64,000 nucleotides of DNA, from NCBI GenBank assembly GCA_963845515.1, contig CAWJSR010000017.1, forward strand, positions 1 to 64,000, in the 5' to 3' direction. Every line of letters begins with the position of its first letter. Position 1 is the stretch's first letter. This DNA comes from an uncultured delta proteobacterium (GTDB taxonomy: Bacteria; Myxococcota; Myxococcia; Myxococcales; Anaeromyxobacteraceae). Under the pieces are notes generated by a model. The model was given only the letters and a program-made list of their open reading frames with translations, was not told the origin of the DNA and did no database searches. This document shows, one piece after another, positions 23,768 to 35,090 of the stretch. Made by a program: the position numbers and the translations under genes.

Positions 23768-24955
23768 ATCGGCGCCGCGCGCGGGTTCCTGTATGGGGTG
23801 CGAGCACGCCGGCTCTTCCTGGGCTTCATGCCGAACAGGAACCGCACCGGCCCCCAGCGCCGCACCGCCACCTCGTACACGAGCAGCGTCAGCGCGAACG
23901 AGGCGCAGGCGATCGCCGCGAACTTGAGCCCCGACGCCACCTCCCACTGCACGACGACGTAGGCGACGGCGACGATCACCGTCTGGTGCAGGATGTAGAA
24001 CGGGTACGCCGCCTCGGTCGAGTAGGCGAGCACCCGCCCTCCCGCGGTCAGGTACCGCTGCGCCAGGCCGAGCAGGCCGAGCAGCATGCACCACACCCCG
24101 GTCTCGTAGAGGAGCTTCATCAGCGTGTACCCGGCGAACGTGTCCCACAGGGCGCCCGCGCGCGGCTCCGCCCACAGGTACGCGAGACTCACGGCGACGC
24201 CGAGGCCGAGGATCCAGCGCCAGTGCCGGCCTATCGCGGCGAGGATGCGCTCGTCGGCGAACAGCAGGAACCCGAGCACGACGATCACGAAGAAGCCGAT
24301 CGGCGGCTGGCCGCTGAGGTCGTCACCCATGAGGTACCAGGGCACGACCAGGGCCAGCGCCGGGATCGCGATGAGCGGCACGGGTGTGCTCCAGAGGCGG
24401 CCCGAGGCCCTTCACGGCCCGGCCGCCCCGGCCGCGCAGCCACAGGAACAGCGGCAGGCCGACCAGCGCGAAGACGAACAGGCAGAGGATGAACCACAGG
24501 TGGGCCGGCGTGAAGCCGCCCGTGTAGCCGGTGAACCCCTCGTCGGCGGTGGTGAAGAACTTCGGCAGGTACTCCCAGTACGTCAGGTCGGCGTCGTGGT
24601 GGGTGTTGTAGGCGAGCCAGGTCTGGGGCGGCACGATCACCAGGACGCCGAAGACGAAGGGGACCAGCAGCCGCTTGACGCGCTCCGCCGCGTACTGCCC
24701 GCCGCTGCGAAAGCGGAACGCCAGCCAGGTGGCCACGCCCGCGAGCAGGAACAGCAGGCTCATGTGCCAGGGGCCGACGAAGTCGATGAAGGCCTGGGCG
24801 ACCCCGTCGGTGGGGTCGTTCTTGATGTAGAAGTCCTCTTCCCAGTTGAAGACGCGCGCCGTGTGGTACGGGATGAGCAGCAGTACCGCGGCGATGCGCA
24901 GCCAGTCGACGTCGTGCCGCCTGGCGGCGGCGCGCGGCGCGCTCGAGGCCTCCAT
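23768..24955 (-). CDS. Acyltransferase family 3 (OpgC/MdoC-like) membrane protein; indel near 24390, 3' end approximate
   Basis: RRHDVDWLRIAAVLLLIPYH, WHMSLLFLLAG, ERVKRLLVP, HLWFI, AAYPFYILHQ. Confidence 0.85.
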
Positions 24956-25062
24956 CCGTCTCCCCTCCGAGTGACGAAGACGCCCGCTATCGTCTCACCA
25001 TCGACGGCGTGACGCCATGCCCGCGGCCGTCGGCCGGGAGCGTCTGGCCGTTCAGCCGGCCG

Positions 25063-25975
25063 TCAGGCGGGGCACTTGGCGCAGATGGAGCGGAACTGCA
25101 TCGTGCTGAGGTAGCGGTCGCCGCGGTCGGGCAGGAGCACGACGATGGTGCCCTCGTCGATCTCGGCGGCGATCTGCAGCGCGACGGCGACGGCGGCGCC
25201 GCTCGAGGAACCCACGAACAGGCCCTCGCTGCGCGCCAGCATCTTCGTGACGTCGAAGGCCTCGTCGTCGTCGACGAGGCGGCGGTCGTCGAGGTCGCCC
25301 GCCGTGAAGATGCCCGGCACCATCGACTCGGTCATGTTCTTGAGGCCCTGGATGGCGTGGCCCATCGACGGGCTCCACGCCGACGATCCGCACCTCCGGC
25401 TTGACCGACTTGAGGTAGCGGCCCGGTGCCCATGAGCGTGCCGGTCGTGCCCATGCCGGCGACGAAGTAGTCGACCTCGCCGGCCGTCTGCTCCCAGATC
25501 TCCGGACCCGTGGTCTCGACATGCGCGAGGATGTTGTCCGGGTTCTCGTACTGGTTGGGCATGTAGTATGCTCGGGCTCCTGCTCGACGCAGCCGGTGCG
25601 CCTCGTGGATGGCGCCGTCGATGCCCTCCCTGCGCCGGGGTGAGCGACAGCTCGGCGCCGAGCCCCTGGAGGATCGGCACGCGCTCGGCGCTCACGCACT
25701 CCGGCATGCACAGCCGCACGCGGTAGCCCTTGGCGGCGCCGATCATGGCGATGGCGATGCCGGTGTTGCCGGAGGTCGGCTCCAGGATGGTCTCGCCCGG
25801 CGTGAGGTCGCCGCGCGCCTCGGCCTTGGCGATCATGCTGAGCGCCGGCCGGTCCTTGACCGAGCCGCCCGGGTTGCAGCCCTCGAGCTTGCAGAGGATG
25901 TGCACGCCCGGCTTCGTGCCCGACGTTCATCAGCTCGACGAGCGGCGTGTCGCCGATCGCCTGCAGCAGGTTCAT
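25063..25975 (-). CDS. cysM: PLP-dependent cysteine synthase (CysM-like), indels in read
   Basis: [53 protein letters not shown]. Confidence 0.85.
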
Positions 25976-25989
25976 TGTCCCGGACCTCC

Positions 25990-26646
25990 GTCCAGTTCGA
26001 GTCCGCCGGCCCCGGCGCCGAGCGCCTCCGGCCCGGCGCCGATGGCCGACGGCGGCGACGCCGACCAGCAGGTCCACGCAGCGGCGCCGCACCTCGTCCG
26101 GGTCCTCGCCCTCGAGCCCGACGCCCGCGGCGAGCATGGGCTGGCACGACGCCAGGCCCATCAGCGCCGCGCCGATGACCATCGCGAGCGCGTGCTGATC
26201 GATCTCGACGCCCTCGGGGGCGTTCTCGTGCGAGCCAGCCTTGCAGCAGCCGCAGCGGCCGCAGCGGAGCGCCGGCGAGGAGGCCCTCCGGCGCCAGGCC
26301 GTCGATCTCGGCGCGCAGCATGAGCAGCAGCGATGTACGGCCGTCGGCCAGCGCGTGGTCGAAGACCTGCCGCAGCGCCGCCGAGAGAGGCGCCGGCGTC
26401 GGCGTCGGGCCTGCCCAGGGCGCTCATCGCCTCGCCTTCCGCGAGCAGGATCTCGGCGACCATCTCGTCCTTCGTGCCGAAGTAGCGGTGCACGAGGGCG
26501 TGGTTGACCCCGGCCGCGGCGGCCACCCGGCGGACGCTGACGCCGTCCACTCCGTGGGCCGCGAAGAGCTCCCGCGCGGCCATCAGGATGGCCTGCCGCG
26601 TGACGGCGGCGTCACCGTGCGGCGCGCCCATGCCTGCCTCCCTCAT
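25990..26646 (-). CDS. TetR/AcrR-family regulator (indels; 3' end approximate)
   Basis: TRQAILMAARELFAAHGVDGVSVRRVAAAAGVNHALVHRYFGTKDEM HTH. Confidence 0.85.
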
Positions 26647-26771
26647 CGCTTGCGCTTCGCCCGGGATGATACGTGAGTCGCCGGGCGTCCGCTCAGGCTC
26701 CCGGGGGCGCTGTCCCTCGAGGCGCCGCGTCGGCTAGAGTCACCATGGGGTGACACAACGAGGGGAGAATC

Positions 26772-28104
26772 ATGGATGGTCTTACTCGTAAGGAGTTCCT
26801 GGCGGCGTCCGGAGTAGCGGCGGGCGCCCTCTGGGCGGGCAACGCGCTCGGCGTCGCCGGCGTCGGGGGGCCGGACCCGGCAGAGGCAGCAGCCGCGATG
26901 CAGGCAGCCGTCGCATCCGGCAGCCAGGACCAGTTCGAGAAGGCCCGCGGCCTCATCCAGTCCAACTGGTATCTCCCGGTCGAGGACCTCGACCCCGGCG
27001 AGATGCGCATCTCCTTCCTCGGCAGCAGCTTCACGGCCCGTCGCGCGCAGGCCATGAACAGCGTGTTCATCGAGGTCGGCACCGGGCAGAGCTTCGTGTT
27101 CGACCTCGGGTCGGGGACCATCTCCCAGTACACGGCGATGGGCATCCCCTCGTCGCGGATGACGCGCGTGTTCCTCACCCACCTGCACGCCGACCACATG
27201 AGCGACCTCGTGGCGCTCTACTGCTTCGGCCCGGCGCACGACCGCAAGACGCCGCTGCACATCTACGGCCCCAGCGGCCCGATCCTCAGGGGCACGGAAT
27301 ACACGGAACAGGGCACGCAGGCCTTCTGCAAGAACCTGCTGGCGCTGTGCCGCTGGCACAGCGACGCCATGAGCTTCCTCAGCACCGGCCTCAAGGCCAC
27401 GGACACGAGGCCGCCGGTCGACGGCTACGAGGTCGTGCCGCACGAGCTGCGCTACCGCAAGAACCCGGGCGTCGCCTACAGCGACGACGACGTGGTCATC
27501 AGCCACTTCCCGGCGGCGCACGACCGCGACGGCTCGATCAGCTACAGGCTCGAGTTCAACGGCATGTCCGTGGTCTTCAGCGGCGACACCAAGCCCACCG
27601 ACTGGATGTACCAGAACGCCAAGGGCGTGGACGTCCTCATCCACGAGATGGCGCTCAGCGTCAACGCCTGGGTCAACCACCTGGCGGGCTACTACAAGAA
27701 GACCGACCCGCTGATGTACGAGCAGGCCTACGAGCAGATGGCCGAGGTGCAGGCCAACTCGCACACCCCGGAGAAGGCGTTCGGCGAGTGCATGGCCCAG
27801 TGCAAGCCCAGGCTCGGGGTGATCACCCACTGCCACTTCAACCAGGACACGTTCATCCCGGCGATCACGACGGTGCGCCAGTCCTACAAGGGCCCGCTCG
27901 CCTGGGCGGTCGACGGGACCGGTGCTGAACCTCAAGCCCGGCGAAGCCATCACGCAGCGGCAGGCGCTCACCTCCGACTTCGCCTGGGACCTCACCACGA
28001 AGGGATACAAGCCGAGCGAGGTCGCAGACCCGAAGTACCGCGGCCCCTACGCCCAGTTCAGCGCCTACACGATGCGGCACATCCTGCCGGGCTACAAGCC
28101 GTGA
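26772..28104 (+). CDS. Exported RNase Z/arylsulfatase-like MBL-fold metallohydrolase (indel near 27922)
   Basis: Tat-like signal LTRKEFL, THLHADH (HxHxDH), AHDRDG, FSGDT, DVLIHE, NSHT, ITH. Confidence 0.85.
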
Positions 28105-28262
28105 GCAGAGCTGCGCCGGCCTCTCTCTCCTCTCCACGGCGCTGCTCTCAGAGGTTCATGCGAACGAGACCGCGCGCTCACGCGTGCGCTCGCTCGGCCG
28201 TCCCAGACTCCTTCACCAGACCCACTCGTCCGCGCCCCGCCTCGGAGCCGACAGGAGACCTG

Positions 28263-28453
28263 ATGGAACACAGCACTCGCCAGCAGACGGCCACCCAGGT
28301 GCGCCTCGACTGTGAGGTGTGCTCCCGGACCTCCGTGGTCGAGAGTCCCCGCGCAGCGCGCCCCGTACGCGGTGGTCGACTGCCCGCTCTGCGGCGACAC
28401 GTACATCGTGAGCCTCGACGCGGCCCCGAACGTCGCCGCATCGCTGCCTCTGA
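28263..28453 (+). CDS. Small zinc-ribbon protein (indel; end approximate)
   Basis: RBS AGGAG; RLDCEVC...(frameshift)...VVDCPLCGDTYIV. Confidence 0.5.
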
Positions 28454-28479
28454 CCTGCCGGCGGCGCAGAACCTGCCGG

Positions 28480-29891
28480 GCACCGATTCGCTCGAGGACG
28501 TGCGCCTTGATGAGATTGGTCTTGCCGGCTGGTTCGTCTGCAGCCCGGCGGTGATCACGACGACGTCGCCGGGCGCGCCGTGACCGCCTTCCTCGACCAG
28601 GAAGCAGGCCTCGGCGACGATCTCCTCGAACGTCCCATTCCGCGTGCCGAGGAGCGGGTGGACGCCCCATGGAGAGCGCCAGCTGGTTGACCACACGCTG
28701 ATTGGGACTCACGGCGATGATCGGCTGACCGGGGAAGTTGCGCGCCACGGCGCGGGCGGTCGCGCCGGAGTAGGTTGCGCTGATGATCGCGGAGGCGCCC
28801 GCGACGGTGCGCGACTCGCAGGCGCCGTGGCTGATGGCGTTGGACACCCCGGTGCGCCCGGCTGCCCACGTCTGCGGGGCGCGGCCCTGGCGCTCGATGT
28901 CCTCTTCGACGACACAGGCGATCTCCGCCATCGTGCGGACCGCCTCCACGGGGTACCTCGCCGACGGCCGTCTCGCCCGAGAGCATGACGGCGCTGGTCG
29001 CGTCGAAGCAGGCGTTGGCGACGTCGCTCGCCTCGGCGCGCGTCGGACGCGGGCTGTCGATCATCGACTCCAGCATCTGCGTCGCGGTGATGACGGGCTT
29101 GCCGGCGAAGCGGCCGCGTGGATGATGCGCTTCTGCGCGATGGGCACCATCGGCCGGGCTATCTCGACGCCCAGGTCGCCGCGCGCCACCATGACGGCGT
29201 CGGCCGCAGCGATGATCTCCTCGTACTCGGCCAGCGCCTCCTTGCGCTCGATCTTGGCGACGACGAGCTGGTCGCCGCCGGCCGCGGCGATCGCTTCCTT
29301 GAGCTCTCTCACATCGTCGGCGCAACCGACGAAGGAGAGCGCCACGTAGTCCACGTCCTGGCGCAGCCCCCAGTCCAGCAGCTCGCGGTCGGCCGCCGTG
29401 AGGGCGCCGATCGGCAACCGGCTGTCGGGCAGGTTGACGCCCTTGCGCGAGTCGATGATCCCGTCGTTGAGCACCTCGAGCGACAGCGAGGGCGGAATGG
29501 CATGCCTGACCCGCAGGGCGACGGCGCCGTCGTCCACGAGCACGCGCTCGCCGGCGCGCAGGTGCGGCAGCAGGTCGGGGAAGTTGACCGGCAGCATCGC
29601 ATCGAGCCGGCGCCGAGCTCGATGTGCTGCCCGGCCTTCACCGGGAGCGGCTGCGCCAAGTCTCCGAGCCGCAGCTTCGGTCCGGGCAGGTCGATGAGCA
29701 CCGCGAGCGGTGAGGCGTGCGCAGCAGCCGCCCGTCGCGCCGCGGCGATCGCCTCTCGTGCTCCGCCGGCGTCCGTGAGAGAGGTTGATCCGCGCCACGT
29801 CCATCCCGGCCGCCACGAGGCGGTCGAGCACGCCCTCGTGGCGCGACACGGGCCCAAGCGTCGCCACGATCTTGGTGCGCCGGCGAGTCAC
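28480..29891 (-). CDS. pyk: Pyruvate kinase (multiple indels)
   Basis: [74 protein letters not shown]. Confidence 0.92.
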
Positions 29892-30076
29892 GGGGCGCGC
29901 AGCGGGACTTGACCGGGGGGCAGCTCCCGGCCGCAGGCACGATCGCGCTCTGGCGCACCGACCGGCTCGTGCATCTCGCCTCCGTTCTCGCTTGACCTGG
30001 CATCGCCGCGGACGGCGAACGCTCTCACGATGCCGCACCCGTGTTCAGTGCGCGCTAAGAGCAGAGAGCCGGAGGC

Positions 30077-30637
30077 TCAGTCACGCCGCAACGTGCGGAA
30101 CGTGATGGAGTAGCGGTCGCCCTTCGTCGGCGGGATGTGATGCTGCCACTCGCTGCGCGCGGGGCCGCCGAGGAGGTACGCGGAGCGCGGCTCGAGGGTC
30201 TGCTGGAACACCTGCCGGTCGCCGCCTGCAGCGCGCCGCAGCCGCAGCCTGCACGGCGCGCCGAGCGAGACGCCGACGATCCGGTCGCCGAAGGCGGGGG
30301 CGTCGCGGTGCCAGTCGATGCCGGCGCCGACCGGATAGAAGGCGATGAGGGCCTCGACGAAGCTGCCGTCCTCGAGGCCCGCGAACTCCTCCGCCCGCCG
30401 GCGGACCGCGTCGAGCTCCACCGGGATCGGCTCGCCCTCGCGGATCTTCCGGCTCGCGTAGTCGTAGCCGACGCCGAAGTGCCGCACGAGCCGCTTCGAC
30501 GGCTTGTCGCGGATGACGATGTGATGCAGGTCGAGGCCGGCGGCGAGGTCGACAAGGTCGAGCTCCTCCGCCGGCGTCACGAACAGATCCTGATACGCGA
30601 AGCCCTCGGGCCACTCGTTGATGCCGTTCAGCGCCAT
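30077..30637 (-). CDS. AlkB-like 2OG-Fe(II) oxygenase
   Basis: GIDWHRD (HxD), VGVSLG, WQHHIP, RYSITFR. Confidence 0.88.
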   Translation of the reverse strand: MALNGINEWPEGFAYQDLFVTPAEELDLVDLAAGLDLHHIVIRDKPSKRLVRHFGVGYDYASRKIREGEPIPVELDAVRRRAEEFAGLEDGSFVEALIAFYPVGAGIDWHRDAPAFGDRIVGVSLGAPCRLRLRRAAGGDRQVFQQTLEPRSAYLLGGPARSEWQHHIPPTKGDRYSITFRTLRRD

Positions 30638-30746
30638 ACCACCTCCGCCGGGTCGCACCCGAAGTGTGCCCAGTCAGGGCCGTTGCGAAGACCCCGGGCC
30701 TGCGCGCTGAACGCCGTCCTCGCCCCGCGCGGGTCGGCGGGCTAGC

Positions 30747-31777
30747 TGTTCTGAGTCACCACGTTATTGACCAAGTGAGGGCCTGCCCTTATCGGTTGTT
30801 GGTGTCCAAGCCAAGACCGAGAGGGAGGCCCTCATGGCGCATCGTAACGCGAGACTGACCCCGCACGGACGTCTGCTCCTCTGCGAGCGCGTCGAGGCGA
30901 GCGGCTGGAAGCTCTGCGAGGCGGCCGCGGCCGCCGGCGTCAGCCGCCAGACGGCGGGCAAGTGGCTCGCGCGCTGGCGGGCCGAGGGCGCTGCCGGCCT
31001 GCTCGACCGCTCCTCGCGGCCGCTGCGCATCGCCCTGCGCGTGGTCGGGGCTCTGCTGCGCAAGGTCGTGCTGCTGCGCCTCACGAAGCGCCGCGGCCCG
31101 GCCTGGATCGCCTGGCGCACGGAGCTCGCCCCGGCGACCGTCTACCGCGCCCTGCGCCGCCACCGGCTGCACCGCCTGCGCGCGCTCGAGCCGCGCGAGC
31201 CGGTGGTGCGCTACTGCTGGCCGCATGCCGGCGACCTCGTCCACCTCGACACCAAGAGGCTGGGGCGCATCGGCGCCGGCGGCGGCAAGCGCTTCGGCGG
31301 CCGCGGCGCAAGGACCGCCACCGCGGCATCGGCTGGGACTACGCCCACGTGGCCGTCGACGACGCCACCCGGCTGGCCTACGCCGAGGAGCTCGCCGACG
31401 AGCGCGCCGAGACGGCGGCCGCCTTCCTGGAGCGCGCTCTGGCCTTCTTCGCCGGCCACGGCGTCGAGGTGCGGCGCCTGCTCACCGACAACGGCAGCTG
31501 CTACCGCTCGCACGCCTTCGCCGCGGCTGCAGAGGAGCACGGCCTGCGGCTCTGGCACACGCGGCCCTACCGGCCGCAGACCAACGGCAAGGCGGAGGCG
31601 TTCGTGAAGATCGTCCAGAACGGCTGGGCCTACAAGCGGCCCTACGACTCGACCGCCGAACGGATCGCCGCCCTGCCGCGCTTCCTGCGCTACTACAATG
31701 GCTACCGACCGCATGGCGGTCTGGACGGCGACACGCCGCTGGGCAGACTCAGGTCAACAACCTCGTGATGCAGAACA
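30747..31777 (+). mobile_element. IS481-family insertion sequence, complete (1031 bp)
   Basis: TGT...ACA ends; imperfect 26-bp TIRs at 30747-30772 and 31752-31777; 6-bp target duplication GCTAGC at 30741-30746 and 31778-31783. Confidence 0.93.
30834..31768 (+). CDS. IS481 DDE transposase (one frameshift near 31310)
   Basis: HRNARLTPHGR, LLDRSSRP, GDLVHLDTK, LTDNG, PYRPQTNGKAE, YN..RPHG. Confidence 0.92.
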
Positions 31778-31778
31778 G

Positions 31779-33044
31779 CTAGCGCGTCCTCGCCCCGCGC
31801 GGGCTCGTCGGCGGAGGCGAGCACGCAGTGGAGCAGGACGTTCGCGCCGGCCTCGCAGTCCTCCCAGCTCGTCTCCTCCACCTCGACGTGGCTGCGCCCG
31901 CCGATGCTGGGGACGAAGACCATGGCCGTCGGGCCCACGGTGGCGAGGTAGCTCGCGTCGTGACCGGCGCCGCTCTCCATCGCCAGGCTGAGTAGCCGAG
32001 CCGCTCCGCCGTGCCGCGCACCCGCGCGACGAGCTCCGGCGCGAACTCGTTGTGCCGCACGCGCCACGTCTCCTCGACGCGGAGGCCGCAGCCGTGCCGC
32101 TCGGCGATGGCACGGAACTCCGCCTGCAGCGCGTCCCAGGCGCGGAGCGCCAGCTCGTCGTCCCACGACCGGATGTCGACGGTGAAGTGCGCGGCGCCGG
32201 GGACGACGTTGCGCGAGTTTGGGTGCATGGTCAGCTCGCCGACGGTGGCGACCATGCCGCCGCCCATCCGGGCCGGCAGGCCGCGGACCTCGAGGACCAT
32301 CTCCGCCGCGGTGACCAGCGCGTCGCTGCGTCCGTCCATGGGAGTCGTGCCGACCTGGTTGGCGACGCCTTCGAGATAGACGTCGTACCAGTGCAGACAG
32401 ACGACCCCGCGAGGCACGCCGATCGTCACGCCTTCGCGCTCCAGGCGAGGACCCTGCTCGATGTGGAGCTCGTAGCAGGCGTGGAACGGGCGGCGGGCGC
32501 ACGGGACGGAGCCGCGGTAGCCGATGCGAGCCAGCTCGTCGCCGAAACGGAAGCCGTCGCCGTCGGTCCGCGCCCATGCCCAGTCGCGGTCGAGGGCGCC
32601 CGCCCAGACGCCGGAGGCCAGCATGGCGGGCGCGAACCGCGACCCCTCCTCGTTGGTCCAGTCGACGAGCTCCACGGAGCGGAGCGTCTCGACGCCGTGG
32701 TCGTCGAGGGTGCGCAGCACCTCGAGCGCGCCCATCACGCCGAGGACGCCGTCGAAGCGCCCGCCCCGAGGCTGCGTGTCGAGGTGAGACCCGGTGATGA
32801 CCGGCGGCAGCGCGGCGTCCCGGCCGGGCCGCCGGCCGAAGACGTTGCCCATCTCGTCGACCTCGACCCGCGCCCCAAGCTCGGTCAGCCAGGAGACCAG
32901 CAGGTCTCGCGCGCGCCGGTCGTCGTCGCTCAGCGCGAGACGGTGCATCCCGCCGCCCGGCGTCGCCCCGATCTCGGCCATCGCCTCGAGGCTGCGCCGG
33001 AGGCGAGCGCCGTCGACGCGCAGTCCTTCGGTCCCCGCGCTCAC
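31779..33044 (-). CDS. M20 Zn-dependent amidohydrolase (allantoate amidohydrolase/N-carbamoylase family); indel near 31990, 3' tail interrupted by IS481
   Basis: GSHLDTQPRGGRFDGVLG, NEEGSRF, ELHIEQGP, SGAGHDA, FVPS.GG.SH. Confidence 0.9.
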   Translation of the reverse strand: MSAGTEGLRVDGARLRRSLEAMAEIGATPGGGMHRLALSDDDRRARDLLVSWLTELGARVEVDEMGNVFGRRPGRDAALPPVITGSHLDTQPRGGRFDGVLGVMGALEVLRTLDDHGVETLRSVELVDWTNEEGSRFAPAMLASGVWAGALDRDWAWARTDGDGFRFGDELARIGYRGSVPCARRPFHACYELHIEQGPRLEREGVTIGVPRGVVCLHWYDVYLEGVANQVGTTPMDGRSDALVTAAEMVLEVRGLPARMGGGMVATVGELTMHPNSRNVVPGAAHFTVDIRSWDDELALRAWDALQAEFRAIAERHGCGLRVEETWRVRHNEFAPELVARVRGTAERLGYSAWRWRAAPVTTRATSPPWARRPWSSSPASAGAATSRWRRRAGRTARPARTSCSTACSPPPTSPRGARTR

Positions 33045-33045
33045 G

Positions 33046-33989
33046 TCACGATCTGTGAGGACGATCTTGCCGACCTTGCCGCCGGCGGCGAAACGCTCGT
33101 AGGCGGCCGCGGCGTCCGCCAGCGGATACGTCGCCGCCACCGGCACGCGCAGCCGCCCGCCGGCCAGCGCCGGCACGACCAGGGAGCCGAGCGTCGCGAT
33201 GAGGACGGCCTTCTCGCCGGCGGAGCGCGAGCGCAGGGTCGAGGCGGCGAGGCGCGCGCGGCGGCCCATCAGCGCCATGAGGTCGACCTCCACCGTGGCG
33301 CCGCTGCCGACGCCGATGACGACGACGCGCCCGCGGATGGCGAGCGCCGCGAGCGCCGACGGCAGGCTCGCGGCGCCGACGAGCTCGAGGACGACGTCGT
33401 AGGGGCCGTGATCGGCCACCGCGGCGGGCGCGACGACCTCGGCCGCGCCGAGCGCGGCCACGGCCTCGTGCTGGGCGGCGTCGCGCACCGACGCGACGAC
33501 GTGGGCGCCGGCGAGCGCCGCCAGCTGCACCGCGGCCGTGCCGACGCCGCCGGCCGCACCCGTGACGAGGACGCGGTCGCCGAGCGTGAGGCCCGCCTGT
33601 CCGAAGAGCGCGTCGTAGGCGGTCGCGTACGCCTCCATGAAGCCGCCGGCCTCCGGCCAGCTCAGGCCGGCGGGCACGCCGAGCGCGTGCGCCTCGTCCA
33701 CCACGGCCAGCTCGGCCTGGGCGCCGCCGCCGACGAGCGCCATCACCCGGTCGCCGAGGGCGAACCGGGTCACGCGCGCGCCCACGGCGGCCACCTCTCC
33801 GGCCATCTCGAGGCCCGGGACGTCCTGCGGCCACCCGGGCGGCGCCGGGTACCGGCCTGCGCGCTGCGACAGATCGGCGCCGTTGACGCCGGCCGCCCGG
33901 ACCGCCACGACGAGGTCGTGGTCGCCGGGCTCCGGGTCCGGCCGTTCCTGCCAGTGAAGCTGTCCTTCGTCGATCACGATGGCATGCAT
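33046..33989 (-). CDS. Zinc-binding/MDR-family NAD(P)H quinone oxidoreductase (PIG3-like)
   Basis: AAGVNGAD...GRYPAPPG...PGLEMAG, VLVTGAAGGVG, GKIVL. Confidence 0.9.
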
Positions 33990-34039
33990 GGGCCACCACC
34001 TCCTGGCGCGGTCATACCCACAGGGGACCGAACGATGCG

Positions 34040-35029
34040 TCAGGCCCAGGCGTGCAGGTCGTGCGGCTCCTCGTCGTTCCAGCGACGAGGGATCCAGAGC
34101 GGGACCGTCTTCTGGTCGGTGCAGCCGACGAGGTCGTAGGTCTCGTCGCCGTCGAAGACCGAGAAGTGCGCCGGCAGGTCGGCGCCGTGCTCCTCGCAGA
34201 CGGCGAACTCCACGCGCCAGCGCTCGTCCAGCAGCGCACCCTTGACGACGTCGCGCCCGAGCAGTTGAGCCGCGCCGCCCAGGAGGCAGCCGAGGCACGG
34301 CAGCGGGCTCGACTTGACCGCCGCCCCCACCGAGGCCGAGTAGGCGGCCTCCGCCAGGGCGGCCTTCATCATGCACGAGTACACGCGGATCAGGCCGTCC
34401 TCGGGCGGCACGTACAGGCCGACGCCGGCAGGATAGACGGGCAGGGCGTGCACGCCGGCCAGACTCTCCGTCTCGCCGGCGAGCCACCAGTAGTCGAGCG
34501 GCGTCATCGGCCCGGGGTCGTCGTCCGACGCCAGGTCGGCGCCGGTCTCGCGGCGGGCCCACTCGGCGAACGACGACCAGCGGCCGAGCCGGGACAGCCG
34601 CTGCTCGAGGAAGCGGGCCGCCCGGCCGACGAAGTCGTCCAGCCGGGCATCGTCCACCGTCGTCCACCACACGCCGTCCCGGCCTCTGCCGAGCTTGCCC
34701 TCGGCGTCACGCGTCCACTCCGGGATGGCGTCGCCGGCACAGTAGTGACCCACGACGGACGGCACCTGGTCGTTACTCTCACCCTCTACTTCAACCTGAG
34801 CCTTCAGCTCCGCCAGCGCCTCCGGGCTCTCCACGACGGCCGAGAGCTGCGGCTCGCCCATCAGGATGGAGAACGCGAGGCCGGGGCCGGTCTTGCGGAA
34901 GGCGGTGAACGCGCCGTCGATCCAGGCGCTGTTCTCCAGCCCGGTCTCCGGGCTCGCGGCCAGCGCCTCGCGGCTCAGGATGCGGGTCGCGACGGAGTCG
35001 TCGCCGGGCTGCTGCGGAACGGGTGCCAT
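34040..35029 (-). CDS. Hypothetical protein (329 aa)
   Basis: Uninterrupted ORF with coding-like composition; no family recognised. Confidence 0.6.
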   Translation of the reverse strand: MAPVPQQPGDDSVATRILSREALAASPETGLENSAWIDGAFTAFRKTGPGLAFSILMGEPQLSAVVESPEALAELKAQVEVEGESNDQVPSVVGHYCAGDAIPEWTRDAEGKLGRGRDGVWWTTVDDARLDDFVGRAARFLEQRLSRLGRWSSFAEWARRETGADLASDDDPGPMTPLDYWWLAGETESLAGVHALPVYPAGVGLYVPPEDGLIRVYSCMMKAALAEAAYSASVGAAVKSSPLPCLGCLLGGAAQLLGRDVVKGALLDERWRVEFAVCEEHGADLPAHFSVFDGDETYDLVGCTDQKTVPLWIPRRWNDEEPHDLHAWA

Positions 35030-35090
35030 GAGAGCGGAGTCCTTTCGTCGGTCGCGCCAGTGTGTCAGGCGGGCGCCGGCGACGGCAAGC

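Noticed and set aside
31300..31320. Programmed frameshift in the IS481 transposase
   Set aside because: No slippery heptamer; IS481 transposases are single-ORF; probably a read error.
31779..34670. 963-aa quinone oxidoreductase-amidohydrolase fusion
   Set aside because: There is an off-frame TGA at 33046 next to a GTG start at 33044 in an error-prone region; most likely two genes, though reads should be checked.
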